DNA from: Bacteroidales bacterium
Lineage (GTDB): Bacteria > Bacteroidota > Bacteroidia > Bacteroidales > P3
Assembly (NCBI GenBank): GCA_028709955.1
Contig: JAQUTD010000001.1
Coordinates: 1-44,088 of the forward strand
Direction: 5' to 3'
DNA: 44,088 nt
The notes under the pieces were generated by a model. That model did no database searches. It was not told the origin of the DNA and saw only the letters and a list, made by a program, of their open reading frames with translations. The position numbers and the translations under genes were made by a program. Positions 11,837-22,030 of this stretch are shown here, in pieces. The number at the start of each line of letters is the position of its first letter. Position 1 is the stretch's first letter.

Positions 11837-13024
11837 TTAGTCTAATATTTCTGTTACCTGACCTGCACCTACTGTTCTACCACCTTCACGGATAGCAAAC
11901 TTTAAGTTCAAGTTTAAAGCAATTTCTGCAATTAGTTCTACATTGATAACTAAGTTATCCCCAGGCATAACCATTTCTACACCTTCTGGTAAAGAAATTT
12001 CACCTGTAACGTCAGTTGTTCTAAAATAGAATTGAGGACGATATTTGTTATGGAATGGAGTATGACGGCCACCTTCTTCTTTCTTTAATATAACAACAGA
12101 AGCTTTAAATTTCTTATGAGGTTTTACTGAACCAGGTTTAGCAATAACCATACCACGACGAATTTCTTCTTTATCGATACCTCTAAGTAATAAACCTACA
12201 TTATCCCCAGCTTCTCCTCTATCTAAGATTTTACGGAACATTTCAACTCCTGTAACAACAGATTTTAATTTTTCTGCGCCCATACCAATAATATCTACAG
12301 GGTCACTTGAATTGATTACACCTGTTTCAATACGACCAGTAGCAACTGTACCACGTCCTGTGATTGAAAATACGTCTTCAATTGGCATCAAAAATTCTTT
12401 ATCTACATCTCTTGTCGGAAGTTGGATCCAAGTATCAACTGCATCCATTAATTCCATTATTTTATCCATCCACATTGGTTCTTTATTCAAACCACCTAGG
12501 GCAGAACCTCTGATTACTGGAGTATTCTCACCATCAAATTGATAGAAAGATAATAAATCACGGATTTCCATTTCAACTAAGTCTAATAACTCAGGGTCAT
12601 CAACTAAGTCAACTTTATTCATGAAGACAACTAAACGAGGAACACCTACTTGGCGAGCCAAAAGGATATGTTCACGAGTTTGAGGCATAGGACCATCAGT
12701 TGAAGCAACTACGATAATCGCACCGTCCATTTGAGCAGCACCAGTAACCATATTCTTAACGTAGTCAGCGTGACCAGGACAGTCAACGTGAGCATAGTGC
12801 CTTGATGCAGTTTGATACTCTACGTGAGCAGTGTTAATTGTAATACCTCTTTCTTTTTCTTCTGGAGCTGAGTCGATTGAATCGAAAGACTTAACTTCAG
12901 ACAAACCTTTTTCTGCTAAAACTGTTGTAATAGCAGCTGTTAAAGTTGTTTTACCGTGGTCAACGTGACCAATTGTACCAATGTTTACGTGTGGTTTGGA
13001 ACGGTCGAATTTTTCTTTTGCCAT
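11837..13024 (-). CDS. tuf: Elongation factor Tu (395 aa; true start [27 protein letters not shown] at 13024)
   Basis: The G1 motif GHVDHGKTT, plus DCPGH and NKVD, are present. The 35-codon upstream extension in the ORF track runs into tRNA-Thr and is rejected. Confidence 0.98.
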   Translation of the reverse strand: MAKEKFDRSKPHVNIGTIGHVDHGKTTLTAAITTVLAEKGLSEVKSFDSIDSAPEEKERGITINTAHVEYQTASRHYAHVDCPGHADYVKNMVTGAAQMDGAIIVVASTDGPMPQTREHILLARQVGVPRLVVFMNKVDLVDDPELLDLVEMEIRDLLSFYQFDGENTPVIRGSALGGLNKEPMWMDKIMELMDAVDTWIQLPTRDVDKEFLMPIEDVFSITGRGTVATGRIETGVINSSDPVDIIGMGAEKLKSVVTGVEMFRKILDRGEAGDNVGLLLRGIDKEEIRRGMVIAKPGSVKPHKKFKASVVILKKEEGGRHTPFHNKYRPQFYFRTTDVTGEISLPEGVEMVMPGDNLVINVELIAEIALNLNLKFAIREGGRTVGAGQVTEILD

Positions 13025-13087
13025 AATAATTGACGTATTAATAAATTGTTTTAATTTGTTTTCTATATAAACCTTGAATTTTGAAAG

Positions 13088-13159
13088 AGCCATTGACGAG
13101 ACTTGAACTCGTGACCCCTTCCTTACCAAGGAAGTACTCTACCACTGAGCTACAACGGC
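13088..13159 (-). tRNA. tRNA-Thr (anticodon GGT)
   Basis: The reverse complement is GCCGTTGTAGCTCAGTGGTAGAGTACTTCCTTGGTAAGGAAGGGGTCACGAGTTCAAGTCTCGTCAATGGCT. It folds as a cloverleaf with acceptor GCCGTTG/CAATGGC and anticodon loop TTGGTAA. Confidence 0.92.
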
Positions 13160-13222
13160 TTAAATCTACTTATGCCAATAAGAACGAGTTAGATTGCCTA
13201 ACCCGCTCTTTTTGAAGCTTTG

Positions 13223-13295
13223 AGCGGAAGACGGGGCTCGAACCCGCCACCTATAGCTTGGAAGGCTATCGCTCTACCAAATGAGCTACTTCCGC
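13223..13295 (-). tRNA. tRNA-Gly (anticodon TCC)
   Basis: The reverse complement is GCGGAAGTAGCTCATTTGGTAGAGCGATAGCCTTCCAAGCTATAGGTGGCGGGTTCGAGCCCCGTCTTCCGCT. The anticodon loop is CTTCCAA. Confidence 0.92.
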
Positions 13296-13352
13296 TTGTT
13301 TAATTTAAATTTTATGTTTAGCATCTACAAAAGAATTATAAACATTCATTTG

Positions 13353-13434
13353 TGGGAAGGGCTGGATTCGAACCAGCGAAGGCGTCGCCAACAGATTTAC
13401 AGTCTGCCCCATTTAACCACTCTGGAACCTTCCC
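13353..13434 (-). tRNA. tRNA-Tyr (anticodon GTA), long variable arm
   Basis: The reverse complement is GGGAAGGTTCCAGAGTGGTTAAATGGGGCAGACTGTAAATCTGTTGGCGACGCCTTCGCTGGTTCGAATCCAGCCCTTCCCA. The anticodon loop is CTGTAAA, and the tRNA is 82 nt with a class II variable arm. Confidence 0.92.
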
Positions 13435-13442
13435 TATTTTTG

Positions 13443-13516
13443 AGCCGATGGAGGGATTCGAACCCCCGACCAGCTGATTACAAATCAGCTGCTCTGGCCA
13501 ACTGAGCTACATCGGC
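13443..13516 (-). tRNA. tRNA-Thr (anticodon TGT)
   Basis: The reverse complement is GCCGATGTAGCTCAGTTGGCCAGAGCAGCTGATTTGTAATCAGCTGGTCGGGGGTTCGAATCCCTCCATCGGCT. The anticodon loop is TTTGTAA. Confidence 0.92.
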
Positions 13517-13545
13517 ATCTACCCAATTTAAACAAAAAGGGATTG

Positions 13546-13553
13546 CAAAATTA
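13546..13553 (-). promoter_or_regulatory. -7 box TAATTTTG upstream of the tRNA-Thr/Tyr/Gly/Thr-tuf cluster
   Basis: The plus-strand sequence caaaatta lies 30 bp upstream of the 5' end of tRNA-Thr(TGT). Confidence 0.45.
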
Positions 13554-13900
13554 TAAATAAATTCTGAATTGACCAATTATTTTAATGAATTATTGTAAAA
13601 TAAATCATAATAATCAGCCAAATAAGATATTTCAAAGAGCAATCGCTTTCTTAAAAAGAGAGTGCAAAGATATTAACTTTGAACATCCCTACCTAATTTT
13701 TCCAAAAAAAAATTAAATAATTCAGCATTTGGTAACTCAACTATATTAAAATGAAATATTTATTTTTCAATAAAAAGTACTATTTTTATGGCTTATATTA
13801 GTCTTAAATAATAAAATCAGAACAGAAATTTCTAACTATAATGAGTTCTGAAAGATTTTCTTGTCTTAGTTTAAAGAAATTGATTCTTCAATTTGAAAAA

Positions 13901-14644
13901 TTAAAAGGAAAATTTTAGCTTTTTTAGCTCGGCTTCTATAATAGTTTTATCCCTTTTTAACAATTTAAGATAACCATATTCATTTACATCAACTATTTTT
14001 GCTTCAACCGATTTATCTTCGTAAAGATATTTTGCCCAAATATTAAAATTTAGAAGTCTTGATAAATATTCTTTTTTGTAGTCTATATCTGTATCTATCT
14101 TTAACCGATTATACCTATAAAAAATATAATCAAGAAGTTCGTATATTACATTCAGTAAATCAAAATCTTCTCCTAATTCAATTTTAATGGAAGTAGGATT
14201 GGGAGCCAAACTAAAAGTTGTTTGATTTACGTTTAGTCCTATTCCACATATTGAATAAGAAAATTCTTCACCTTGCAATTTATTATTTACCAATATACCG
14301 CAAATTTTTTTCTTTCCAATATAAATATCATTTGGCCATTTTATAGATACATCTTGAATATATTTTTTCAAATAATCATAAATGCCAAGAGAAAGGACTT
14401 GAGTTATCAAAAACTGATTTGATATATTTATAAAGTTAGGTTTTAGTAATATTGACATCGTCAGATTTTTTCCTTTTTCAGTTTCCCATAAATTATTAAT
14501 CTGTCCCCTGCCTTTTTTTTGTTCATGCGCGAGAACAACCGTCCATTCTGGGAGTATACTTAAGTCTGAACTCATTAAATAGGTTTGTGTTGAATCTAAG
14601 GAACTAAACTTTAAAATATTATATTTTTTTCTATCATTCATCAT
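13901..14644 (-). CDS. birA: Biotin--[acetyl-CoA-carboxylase] ligase (group I BirA, no HTH domain)
   Basis: The 247-aa ORF carries the motifs SLDSTQTYL, QKKGRGQINNLWETEKGKNLTMS and KWPNDIYIGKKKICGILVN. Confidence 0.85.
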   Translation of the reverse strand: MMNDRKKYNILKFSSLDSTQTYLMSSDLSILPEWTVVLAHEQKKGRGQINNLWETEKGKNLTMSILLKPNFINISNQFLITQVLSLGIYDYLKKYIQDVSIKWPNDIYIGKKKICGILVNNKLQGEEFSYSICGIGLNVNQTTFSLAPNPTSIKIELGEDFDLLNVIYELLDYIFYRYNRLKIDTDIDYKKEYLSRLLNFNIWAKYLYEDKSVEAKIVDVNEYGYLKLLKRDKTIIEAELKKLKFSF

Positions 14645-14663
14645 TTTGCAATAAAAAACTGTA

Positions 14664-14671
14664 CAAATTTA
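14664..14671 (-). promoter_or_regulatory. -7 box TAAATTTG upstream of birA
   Basis: The plus-strand sequence caaattta lies 20 bp upstream of the birA ATG. Confidence 0.45.
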
Positions 14672-14821
14672 AATAAAAAATTCGATTTTCTAATATTAAT
14701 AATATTATTAGCAAAAATTCGAATCTTATTAAATATTTAGGAAATAAGATGAGGATTAATTATAAAGGATTAAACATTAAATAAAAATACTTCAAAATTC
14801 ATTTCCTAGATTATTATTTTA

Positions 14822-14829
14822 TATCTTTG
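14822..14829 (+). promoter_or_regulatory. -7 box TATCTTTG upstream of rsfS-ftsH
   Basis: This is an exact TAnnTTTG match ending 22 bp before the rsfS ATG. Confidence 0.5.
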
Positions 14830-14851
14830 CAAGTTAATTAAATTACTTAAG

Positions 14852-15232
14852 ATGGCAGGAAAGAAAATAGAAAATAAATTATCCCAAATGATGCTTGAGA
14901 TAGCAATTAAAGGGATTCAAAACAAAAAAGGAAAAAATATTACAACAATAGATTTAAGGAATATCGAAGGTTCTCTATTTGATTACTATATTATTTGCAC
15001 AGGAAACTCTCCTTCACACGTGGATTCAATATCTGAATCAGTGGATAGTGAAATTAAAACTTCAACAGGGCTAAATCCCAAAAGAGTTGAAGGATTACAA
15101 AATTGTCAATGGGTATTGTTAGATTATTTTGATGTTATTATCCATGTTATGCTTGAAGAAACGAGAGATTTCTACAGAATAGAACAGATGTGGAAAGATG
15201 CTCCTCAAAGTCATCTTGAGGATATTGACTAA
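14852..15232 (+). CDS. rsfS: Ribosome silencing factor RsfS (iojap family)
   Basis: The 126-aa ORF contains DYYIICTGNSPSHVDSISESV and WVLLDYFDVIIHVMLEETRDFYRIEQMW. Confidence 0.9.
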   Translation: MAGKKIENKLSQMMLEIAIKGIQNKKGKNITTIDLRNIEGSLFDYYIICTGNSPSHVDSISESVDSEIKTSTGLNPKRVEGLQNCQWVLLDYFDVIIHVMLEETRDFYRIEQMWKDAPQSHLEDID

Positions 15233-15249
15233 CTGAATTAGAAAAACTT

Positions 15250-17358
15250 ATGAACACAAAAAATTCAAAAAATAAAAAAACCAATCTCAAAAAACCATTA
15301 TTGGGAAAACCTAAAATAACTTTCAATATATATTGGATATACATAGCGATATTTATATTTATTGGTATTCTATTTTTTACTGACAATGGAGACAGTAAAA
15401 TTAGTAAGGAAATTGGATGGGACAAACTTCAACAAGTCCTTTTAAAGAAGGATTATTCTAAAATAACAGTAGTTAATAAAGAATTTGCAGAAATTTATAT
15501 TAATACTGAGTCATTAAATTCCGATACTCTATACAATGATTTAAAACCAAAATCTGGACTTTTTGGGACACAATCTTCACCAAAAAACGCTTTCTATGTA
15601 TATAAATTTGGAGACTTTCTCTATTTTAGAGATCAACTTAAAGATGTGGAGAACCAATGGATAGCGCAAGATACAATTGGAGCTATAAGCGAAGTTGAAA
15701 AGAATAAGATTATCAGTTCTCATAGAATAATATTAACAACAGAAACTAGAAAAAACTTCTGGGGTGATAGTTTTTCTTTTATCCTACCATTTTTAATTCT
15801 AATTGTAATTTGGATTGTTTTCTTTAGAATGATGAGGGGAGGGAATTCAGGTTCTGGTGGAATGGGCGGAGGGATTTTCAATGTAGGAAAGTCTAAAGCA
15901 AGACTATACGATAAAGATAATGATGTAAAGTTTACTTTTGCAGACGTTGCAGGATTAGAGGGAGCTAAACTTGAAGTTATGGAAATTGTTGACTTCCTTA
16001 AAAACCCTAAGAAATACACTGATTTAGGAGGAAAGATTCCAAAAGGAGCGCTATTAGTTGGGCTTCCAGGAACAGGGAAGACTTTATTGGCAAAAGCTGT
16101 TGCTGGAGAAGCAAAGGTTCCTTTTTTCTCAATTTCAGGATCTGATTTTGTAGAAATGTTTGTTGGAGTTGGAGCCTCAAGAGTTAGGGATTTATTTAAA
16201 ACTGCAAAAGAAAAAGCTCCATGTATAATTTTCATAGATGAAATTGATGCAATTGGCAGAGCAAGAGGGAAAAATCTTGCATCTGGCTCAAATGATGAAA
16301 GAGAAAACACATTAAATCAGCTTCTAACTGAAATGGATGGCTTTGGAACAAATGCAGGAGTTATTATAATTGCTGCAACTAATCGAGCTGATGTTTTAGA
16401 TAAAGCTTTGCTCCGTGCTGGTCGTTTTGATCGTCAAATTTATGTTGATTTACCTGATTTAGAAGAAAGAAAAGCTATATTTAAAGTCCATACAAAAAAC
16501 CTTAAATATGATAAGAAAGATGTTGATATTAACTTTTTAGCAAAACAAACCCCAGGTTTTTCTGGAGCAGATATAGCTAATGTGTGTAATGAGTCAGCAT
16601 TAATTGCTGCAAGACACAATAAAAAACTAATCACAAAGCAAGACTTTCTTGATGCTGTAGATAGAATTGTTGGGGGGTTAGAAAAGAAAAATAAAGTTAT
16701 TGCTCCAAACGAAAAGAAAACAATAGCATACCACGAAGCAGGTCATGCTTCTGTTAGTTGGATGCTTGAACATGCTCATCCCCTAGTAAAGGTCACTATT
16801 GTTCCCAGAGGGCAAGCCCTTGGTGCAGCTTGGTATTTACCTGAAGAAAGACAAATTACGACGAAAACACAAATGTTGCACCAAATGATTTCTTTGCTTG
16901 GAGGACGTGCCTCAGAAGAAATTGTATTTGGAGAAGTTTCCACTGGAGCCTTAAACGACCTTGAAAGAACCACTAAAATGGCATATTCAATGGTAGCATA
17001 TTATGGCTTGAACGATAAAATAGGAAATATTAGTTATTACGATTCAACAGGACAGTCAGAATATGGTTTCACTAAGCCTTTTTCAGAAAAAACAGCAGAA
17101 AGTATTGATGTTGAAATTCATAAAATGATTGAACAAGCATACTCTAAAGCAAAAGAAATTTTATTAGCGAACAGAGATAAACTTGACAAACTTGCTTTAC
17201 TTTTAGTTGAAAAAGAAGTTATATTTAGAGAAGACTTAGAAGAAATTTTTGGGAAACGCCCTTTCGATGAAAAAAAGGATGAAAATTCAGAAAACACAAT
17301 TGAATCTTCTGATCAAGAAAATAATCTTAACAATGAAAATTTAGAAATAAATAATTAG
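15250..17358 (+). CDS. ftsH: ATP-dependent zinc metalloprotease FtsH
   Basis: The 702-aa ORF has two N-terminal TM helices, Walker A ([18 protein letters not shown]), Walker B (IIFIDEIDA), an SRH region, and the zinc site HEAGH. Confidence 0.97.
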   Translation: MNTKNSKNKKTNLKKPLLGKPKITFNIYWIYIAIFIFIGILFFTDNGDSKISKEIGWDKLQQVLLKKDYSKITVVNKEFAEIYINTESLNSDTLYNDLKPKSGLFGTQSSPKNAFYVYKFGDFLYFRDQLKDVENQWIAQDTIGAISEVEKNKIISSHRIILTTETRKNFWGDSFSFILPFLILIVIWIVFFRMMRGGNSGSGGMGGGIFNVGKSKARLYDKDNDVKFTFADVAGLEGAKLEVMEIVDFLKNPKKYTDLGGKIPKGALLVGLPGTGKTLLAKAVAGEAKVPFFSISGSDFVEMFVGVGASRVRDLFKTAKEKAPCIIFIDEIDAIGRARGKNLASGSNDERENTLNQLLTEMDGFGTNAGVIIIAATNRADVLDKALLRAGRFDRQIYVDLPDLEERKAIFKVHTKNLKYDKKDVDINFLAKQTPGFSGADIANVCNESALIAARHNKKLITKQDFLDAVDRIVGGLEKKNKVIAPNEKKTIAYHEAGHASVSWMLEHAHPLVKVTIVPRGQALGAAWYLPEERQITTKTQMLHQMISLLGGRASEEIVFGEVSTGALNDLERTTKMAYSMVAYYGLNDKIGNISYYDSTGQSEYGFTKPFSEKTAESIDVEIHKMIEQAYSKAKEILLANRDKLDKLALLLVEKEVIFREDLEEIFGKRPFDEKKDENSENTIESSDQENNLNNENLEINN

Positions 17359-17371
17359 TTAATAGATACTA

Positions 17372-17980
17372 ATGAAAGGGAATTCTGAGAAAGGAAAAGT
17401 ATTAAAGCTTATCCGAAATTCATTGCTCGATAAAGCGGAAATACCATATTCAAACCTAGATATGGATTCTGACATTTATACTCAAATGAATGATGACCCG
17501 GTTATGATATTTGCTGAATCAGTTGTTTCAAACGGTGGAAAATTTATCTATTGTAAGGATGAAGAGGATTTTATTAATAAGCTCCAATCATTAATTGAAT
17601 ACAGAAATTGGTCTTTTAAAATTACATCCTATGATAAGAATCTAAAGAATTTTCTAAAAACAAACGGGATTAACACGCAAGAAGATGATAAAGAAAAAAA
17701 TGAAATAGGAATAACACTTTGTAATAGTGTTTCTGCAAGAAATAGTTTAATTACAGTAACCTCAAACCAAGTTGATGGAAATGGATTTTTTAAACTACCT
17801 AATATTCTAATCATTATTGTTTTCACATCTCAAATTACATCAGATTTGAAAACAAGTTTAAATCAACTAATTAATGATATGCCAAAATTGATCACGACAA
17901 TTAATCCGAGCTATATATTGAAAGAGGAAATAAAAGAGCTGTATCTTTTCACAATAGAAAATATATTCAATACAAAATAG
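17372..17980 (+). CDS. LUD (LutC/YkgG-like) domain protein - tentative
   Basis: This 202-aa ORF is tightly packed between ftsH and cdsA. From memory, a LUD-domain gene occupies this position in many Bacteroidota. The sequence match was judged only by eye. Confidence 0.5.
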   Translation: MKGNSEKGKVLKLIRNSLLDKAEIPYSNLDMDSDIYTQMNDDPVMIFAESVVSNGGKFIYCKDEEDFINKLQSLIEYRNWSFKITSYDKNLKNFLKTNGINTQEDDKEKNEIGITLCNSVSARNSLITVTSNQVDGNGFFKLPNILIIIVFTSQITSDLKTSLNQLINDMPKLITTINPSYILKEEIKELYLFTIENIFNTK

Positions 17981-17988
17981 AATTGCAT

Positions 17989-18813
17989 ATGAACAACTTT
18001 ACTCAAAGGACAATAACTGGTGCAGTATACTTAATAACTGTTTTTTGTGCTATAATGTTTAACCCTATCATCCTTTCTGTTTTTTTTGGACTAATAGCAT
18101 TAATCTCACTTTATGAATTCTACGATAACTCAAAAAAAACCAATATTATTACTCAAAATATATTAGGATTTTCACTAGCAATAACAACCTATTGCAGTTT
18201 TGTATTTTATGCTTTTCATATTGAGAATACATATTTTATAATTGCTTCACTAATCTTTTGTTTTATAATCTTTATTTTCGAGCTATACAAAAACAAAGAA
18301 AATCCTTTTACCAATATTTCATATACTTTAGTGGCAGTGATATATATTGTTATTCCAATGGGTCTGACAAATTTTATTGTAAATCCAACCTTAAGTTTAA
18401 ATTCATTTACCCCCATCCTCCTTCTAAGTGTTTTTATTCTTGCCTGGACTAATGATACATTTGCCTACCTAGTTGGTGTTAAATTTGGAAAACATAGATT
18501 ATTTGAAAGAATATCTCCAAAGAAAAGTTGGGAAGGCTTTTTTGGAGGACTTATTGCGACTCAAATAGTATCTATTATTTTATTCAAATTAACCAATACT
18601 TCATTATATTTCTATGATTGGATGACTATCGGAATAATCATTTCAGTTATTGGTACATATGGAGACCTGGTTGAATCAATGTTTAAACGGCAAATAGGAG
18701 TTAAAGATAGCGGAAAAATTCTTCCCGGCCATGGAGGCATCTTAGACAGATTTGATATTCTTTTTATCTCAATACCATTTATTTTTAGCTACTTATATTT
18801 AAGATTAAATTAA
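17989..18813 (+). CDS. cdsA: Phosphatidate cytidylyltransferase (ATG at 17989 preferred over the TTG at 17983)
   Basis: The protein is multi-TM and carries the signatures SPKKSWEGFFGG and GDLVESMFKRQIGVKDSGKILPGHGGILDRFD. Confidence 0.93.
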   Translation: MNNFTQRTITGAVYLITVFCAIMFNPIILSVFFGLIALISLYEFYDNSKKTNIITQNILGFSLAITTYCSFVFYAFHIENTYFIIASLIFCFIIFIFELYKNKENPFTNISYTLVAVIYIVIPMGLTNFIVNPTLSLNSFTPILLLSVFILAWTNDTFAYLVGVKFGKHRLFERISPKKSWEGFFGGLIATQIVSIILFKLTNTSLYFYDWMTIGIIISVIGTYGDLVESMFKRQIGVKDSGKILPGHGGILDRFDILFISIPFIFSYLYLRLN

Positions 18814-18819
18814 CAAAAA

Positions 18820-19476
18820 ATGTATATACATAAAGAAGGTTATAGAATTATTGCATTAACAATCTCTCTAGTCATTATTCTCTTAAGTTTGATGAAAATT
18901 TTTATCGATGATTGGAACTGGTATTGGTACTCAGTTTCAGGGATTATAATTATTTTGGCATTAGTTGTTATTCGTTTTTTCAGAATTCCTAAACGTGAAT
19001 TAATTCATAATCCAGATCAAATTATTGGTTCCGCTGATGGAACAATTGTTGTTGTTGAACAAGTATATGAACCTGAGATATTAAAGATTGAATGCATTCA
19101 AATATCAACTTTTATGTCCCCAAACAATGTACATGTTAACCGTTATCCTATATCAGGTAAAATAATATATACCAACTATCATAATGGCAAATATCTTATT
19201 GCAAAACACCCTAAGTCTTCTACCCTAAACGAGAGAACAACTATTTGCATTGAAACTGCTAAGGGGCATAAGATTGTTGTTCGTCAAATTGCTGGAGCAT
19301 TAGCAAGAAGAATTGTTTGTTATGCTAAGGAAGGACAGGATGTTCATCAGGGTGAAGAGCTTGGTTTCATTAAGTTTGGTTCAAGAGTTGATGTGTTCAT
19401 ACCCCTTGAAGCAAATGTTCATGTCGAGCTTGAAGATAAGGTAAAGGGTGGTTTGTCAGTATTAGCAACATTATAG
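18820..19476 (+). CDS. psd: Phosphatidylserine decarboxylase proenzyme (short Bacteroidota type)
   Basis: The 218-aa ORF has two N-terminal TM helices, the motif FMSPNNVHVNRYP, and the self-cleavage region FIKFGSRVDVF (G-S). Confidence 0.9.
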   Translation: MYIHKEGYRIIALTISLVIILLSLMKIFIDDWNWYWYSVSGIIIILALVVIRFFRIPKRELIHNPDQIIGSADGTIVVVEQVYEPEILKIECIQISTFMSPNNVHVNRYPISGKIIYTNYHNGKYLIAKHPKSSTLNERTTICIETAKGHKIVVRQIAGALARRIVCYAKEGQDVHQGEELGFIKFGSRVDVFIPLEANVHVELEDKVKGGLSVLATL

Positions 19477-20166
19477 ATGGAAGGATTCGACAAACAAATC
19501 ATATTCGAAGATAATCATATCTTAGTAATAAATAAGAAGAACTCCCAAATTGTTCATGGCGATAAAACAGGAGATGATAGCTTGGTGGATTATATTAAAG
19601 ATTATTTAAGAGAGAAATATAATAAACCCGGCAATATATATTGTGGAGTTGTTCATAGATTAGACCGCCCAGTTAGTGGAGTGGTTGTTTTCACCAAAAC
19701 AGAAAAAGCACTTGTTCGACTAAATAAGCAAATTCATGATAAACTCTTTACCAAGAAATATTGGGCAATAGTAAGAAATGCACCTCCAAAGCCAGAGGAA
19801 CACTTGATTGATTATCTAATTAAAAATGAAAGCCAAAATAAATCTTACATAACCAAAGACAAGGAAAAGGGATTATTGGCAGAACTCAAGTACAAATTAT
19901 TGTGCCAAAGTGAATACTATAATCTATTGGAAATTGAATTGTTTACTGGAAGACATCATCAAATAAGGGTTCAATTGGCTAATATCGGCTGCCCAATAAA
20001 AGGAGATCTAAAATATGGATTTGGACGTTCAAACAAAATCAGTTCTATTTCCCTACATGCTCGAGAACTATCATTTGAACACCCAACCCTAAAACAGAAA
20101 ATGAAATTTATCGCACCAGTACCACAAGAGCCCCTTTGGCAATGGTTTGAAGAAAATGTTAAATAA
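19477..20166 (+). CDS. RluA-family pseudouridine synthase
   Basis: The catalytic motif HRLDRPVSGVVVF and the motif TGRHHQIRVQLA are present. The start codon abuts the psd stop codon. Confidence 0.9.
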   Translation: MEGFDKQIIFEDNHILVINKKNSQIVHGDKTGDDSLVDYIKDYLREKYNKPGNIYCGVVHRLDRPVSGVVVFTKTEKALVRLNKQIHDKLFTKKYWAIVRNAPPKPEEHLIDYLIKNESQNKSYITKDKEKGLLAELKYKLLCQSEYYNLLEIELFTGRHHQIRVQLANIGCPIKGDLKYGFGRSNKISSISLHARELSFEHPTLKQKMKFIAPVPQEPLWQWFEENVK

Positions 20167-20183
20167 GATTATACATATATTAT

Positions 20184-20930
20184 ATGGTAACCAGTAATAA
20201 GAAAGTAAAGCCAAAAAAGAAGAAATCAAACAAGAAGAACCTTTGGAGAAAACTATGGAAAGTAATTTGGGTTACAACTGCAGGATACTTTGCCCTGTCA
20301 ATAGTCTTAACCCTTGCCTATAAATTCATTAATCCTCCTTTCACCATTCTAATGATTCAGAGAAGCTTTGAGCAAGCATTTTCATCCGAAAGAGACCTAA
20401 GGCTTAAGAAAGACTGGGTAGATATTGACGAAATATCTCCTAATATGATTAAGGCAGTTATAGCATCGGAGGATAACCTATTTAACAAACATAACGGATT
20501 TGACACCAAAGCCATTGAAAGAGCAATTCAACACAACAAAAGAGGAAAGAGGATTAGAGGAGCCAGTACAATAAGCCAACAAACCTCAAAGAATGTATTT
20601 CTATGGAACGGAAGAAACTGGGTAAGGAAAGGACTCGAAACCTACTATACAATATTAATAGAGGCTACTTGGAGTAAGGAAAGAATAATGGAGGTTTATC
20701 TTAATGTTATAGAATTTGGAGACGGAATATATGGAGTAGAGGCAGCCTCACAAACATTTTTCCACAAAAGCGCAAAGAACCTAACAAAAAGAGAATCTGC
20801 ACTATTAGCCTCAGTACTTCCTTCCCCACTCAAGCGAAATGCAGCAAACCCAAGTCGGTGGTTAAACCAAAGAGCAAACAGAGTTATGTATATGATGGAT
20901 AAGCACGGAAGAATAAGACTTAAGGACTAA
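20184..20930 (+). CDS. mtgA: Monofunctional biosynthetic peptidoglycan transglycosylase
   Basis: The ORF has an N-terminal TM anchor and the GT51 motifs EDNLFNKHNGFD and GASTISQQTSKNVFLW. There is no transpeptidase domain. Confidence 0.9.
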   Translation: MVTSNKKVKPKKKKSNKKNLWRKLWKVIWVTTAGYFALSIVLTLAYKFINPPFTILMIQRSFEQAFSSERDLRLKKDWVDIDEISPNMIKAVIASEDNLFNKHNGFDTKAIERAIQHNKRGKRIRGASTISQQTSKNVFLWNGRNWVRKGLETYYTILIEATWSKERIMEVYLNVIEFGDGIYGVEAASQTFFHKSAKNLTKRESALLASVLPSPLKRNAANPSRWLNQRANRVMYMMDKHGRIRLKD

Positions 20931-20931
20931 A

Positions 20932-21918
20932 CTATCTAACTCGTATCTTTTGTCCTGCTTTTATTTTGGAACCTTTTATCTTGTTTAGCTTTGCTAATTT
21001 CTGTACAGTTGTTCCATTTCTCTTTGCAATAACGCTGAGAGTTTCTCCTTTTCTAACCTTTGTGTATTTTCCACCCTTTGTTGCCTTTGTGCTATTATTG
21101 GCTAACCTAACGTTATTGTTTCTGGTTGAATGATGGCGGAAATTATCCTTTGTTAGTTCAAGAGTGTTGTCTACTAAGGCGTATGTTGAAAAATTAATTA
21201 CATCTTCTGGATTAATTGCAGCTCCTTCGTAGCGGATTTCAAGGTGTAGATGCGGCCCTGTTGAGCGTCCGGTGCTTCCTCCTAATCCTAATACTTCTCC
21301 TGCTTTAATTTCATCACCTGGCGCAACATGTATTTTGGAAAGGTGAGCATAGTAGGTTTCAAGTTGGTTGTCGTGTTCAATAACCACCAAGTTTCCATAA
21401 GCTCCTGCTCGTTTTGCAACTCTAACCTTGCCGTCAAACATTGATCTGATTGGCTCTCCAACTCTAAGACCTAAGTCTATTCCATAGTGGTAACGCCTTC
21501 TTCTTGGTCCAAAATGTGAAGTTACTCGTACTCCATCTGAAGGAAATGAGAAGTATTTTTGGTTTTTATTATCTACAAGTGGGATTAATATTGCATCGTT
21601 AAGGTTTGAGAAATCTTTCTTCTTGCGGTGGATTGAGGTGGAGTGAGGGGTAGTTTCTTTTAGTATATCTTCCTCATTTTCTGCTGCATCATCGTAAACT
21701 AAGCTTGTTCCAACAAAGTTCATAAGCGATTTACGAAAGCGAACTGTATCTTTTATTATGCCTATTTGGTATTCAGAACTTTCTTTTCCAACATTGGTTC
21801 TATTCTTCATCATCCCTCGTTCATGAATTCCATCTTCTTTTGGAAGCTGAGCCATTGATAATAATGGTAAAACAATTGAGAGGACAAGTAGTGTATAGAA
21901 TCTTTTTGAAACGGCCAT
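20932..21918 (-). CDS. M23 family metallopeptidase with C-terminal LysM domain
   Basis: The ORF has a signal peptide (LLVLSIVLPLLSMAQ), the M23 motifs HYGIDL and GSTGRSTGPHLHLEIRY, and a C-terminal LysM domain (YTKVRKGETLSVIAKRNGTTVQKLAKLNKI). Confidence 0.9.
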   Translation of the reverse strand: MAVSKRFYTLLVLSIVLPLLSMAQLPKEDGIHERGMMKNRTNVGKESSEYQIGIIKDTVRFRKSLMNFVGTSLVYDDAAENEEDILKETTPHSTSIHRKKKDFSNLNDAILIPLVDNKNQKYFSFPSDGVRVTSHFGPRRRRYHYGIDLGLRVGEPIRSMFDGKVRVAKRAGAYGNLVVIEHDNQLETYYAHLSKIHVAPGDEIKAGEVLGLGGSTGRSTGPHLHLEIRYEGAAINPEDVINFSTYALVDNTLELTKDNFRHHSTRNNNVRLANNSTKATKGGKYTKVRKGETLSVIAKRNGTTVQKLAKLNKIKGSKIKAGQKIRVR

Positions 21919-21954
21919 AATAAAATTATTTTGTTTATATTAATGATATATTTG

Positions 21955-21962
21955 CAAAGGTA
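21955..21962 (-). promoter_or_regulatory. -7 box TACCTTTG upstream of the M23/LysM peptidase gene
   Basis: The plus-strand sequence caaaggta lies 37 bp upstream of the ATG. Confidence 0.45.
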
Positions 21963-22030
21963 GAAAAAAAAACGAGAAAAAGATTCACTTATTGCCAAAT
22001 TAAGCCTTTTTTTAAGTTTTTTTTAGATTT

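Noticed and set aside
9062-12542. Plus-strand ORFs 9062..9253, 9822..10043, 10372..10605 and 12312..12542
   Set aside because: They are antisense shadows of rplJ, rplA, rplK and tuf.
13025-13129. N-terminal 35-codon extension of the tuf ORF (start at 13129)
   Set aside because: The extension overlaps tRNA-Thr(GGT) at 13088-13159. EF-Tu universally begins near MAKEKF, and that ATG is at 13024.
13281-13505. ORF 13281..13505 (+, 74 aa)
   Set aside because: It lies entirely antisense to the tRNA-Gly, tRNA-Tyr and tRNA-Thr genes, so it is a chance open frame.
14645-14851. Divergent birA/rsfS intergenic region as a replication origin (strand-orientation switch; repeated aaaaattcga words; AT-rich palindrome)
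   Set aside because: I saw no DnaA-box-like sequences. The repeats are short and AT-rich, within chance expectation for roughly 20% GC spacer DNA. The region is explained adequately by the two divergent TAnnTTTG promoters.
15147-17826. Minus-strand ORFs 15147..15425, 15720..16310 (196 aa), 16440..16634, 16776..16973 and 17629..17826
   Set aside because: They are antisense to rsfS, ftsH and the LUD-domain gene. They carry no motifs, and the 196-aa ORF mirrors the conserved AAA+ region of ftsH.
21810-21998. ORF 21810..21998 (-, 62 aa) overlapping the 5' end of the M23 peptidase gene
   Set aside because: It is out of frame with, and overlaps, the well-supported signal-peptide start at 21918. 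It also spans the predicted promoter.
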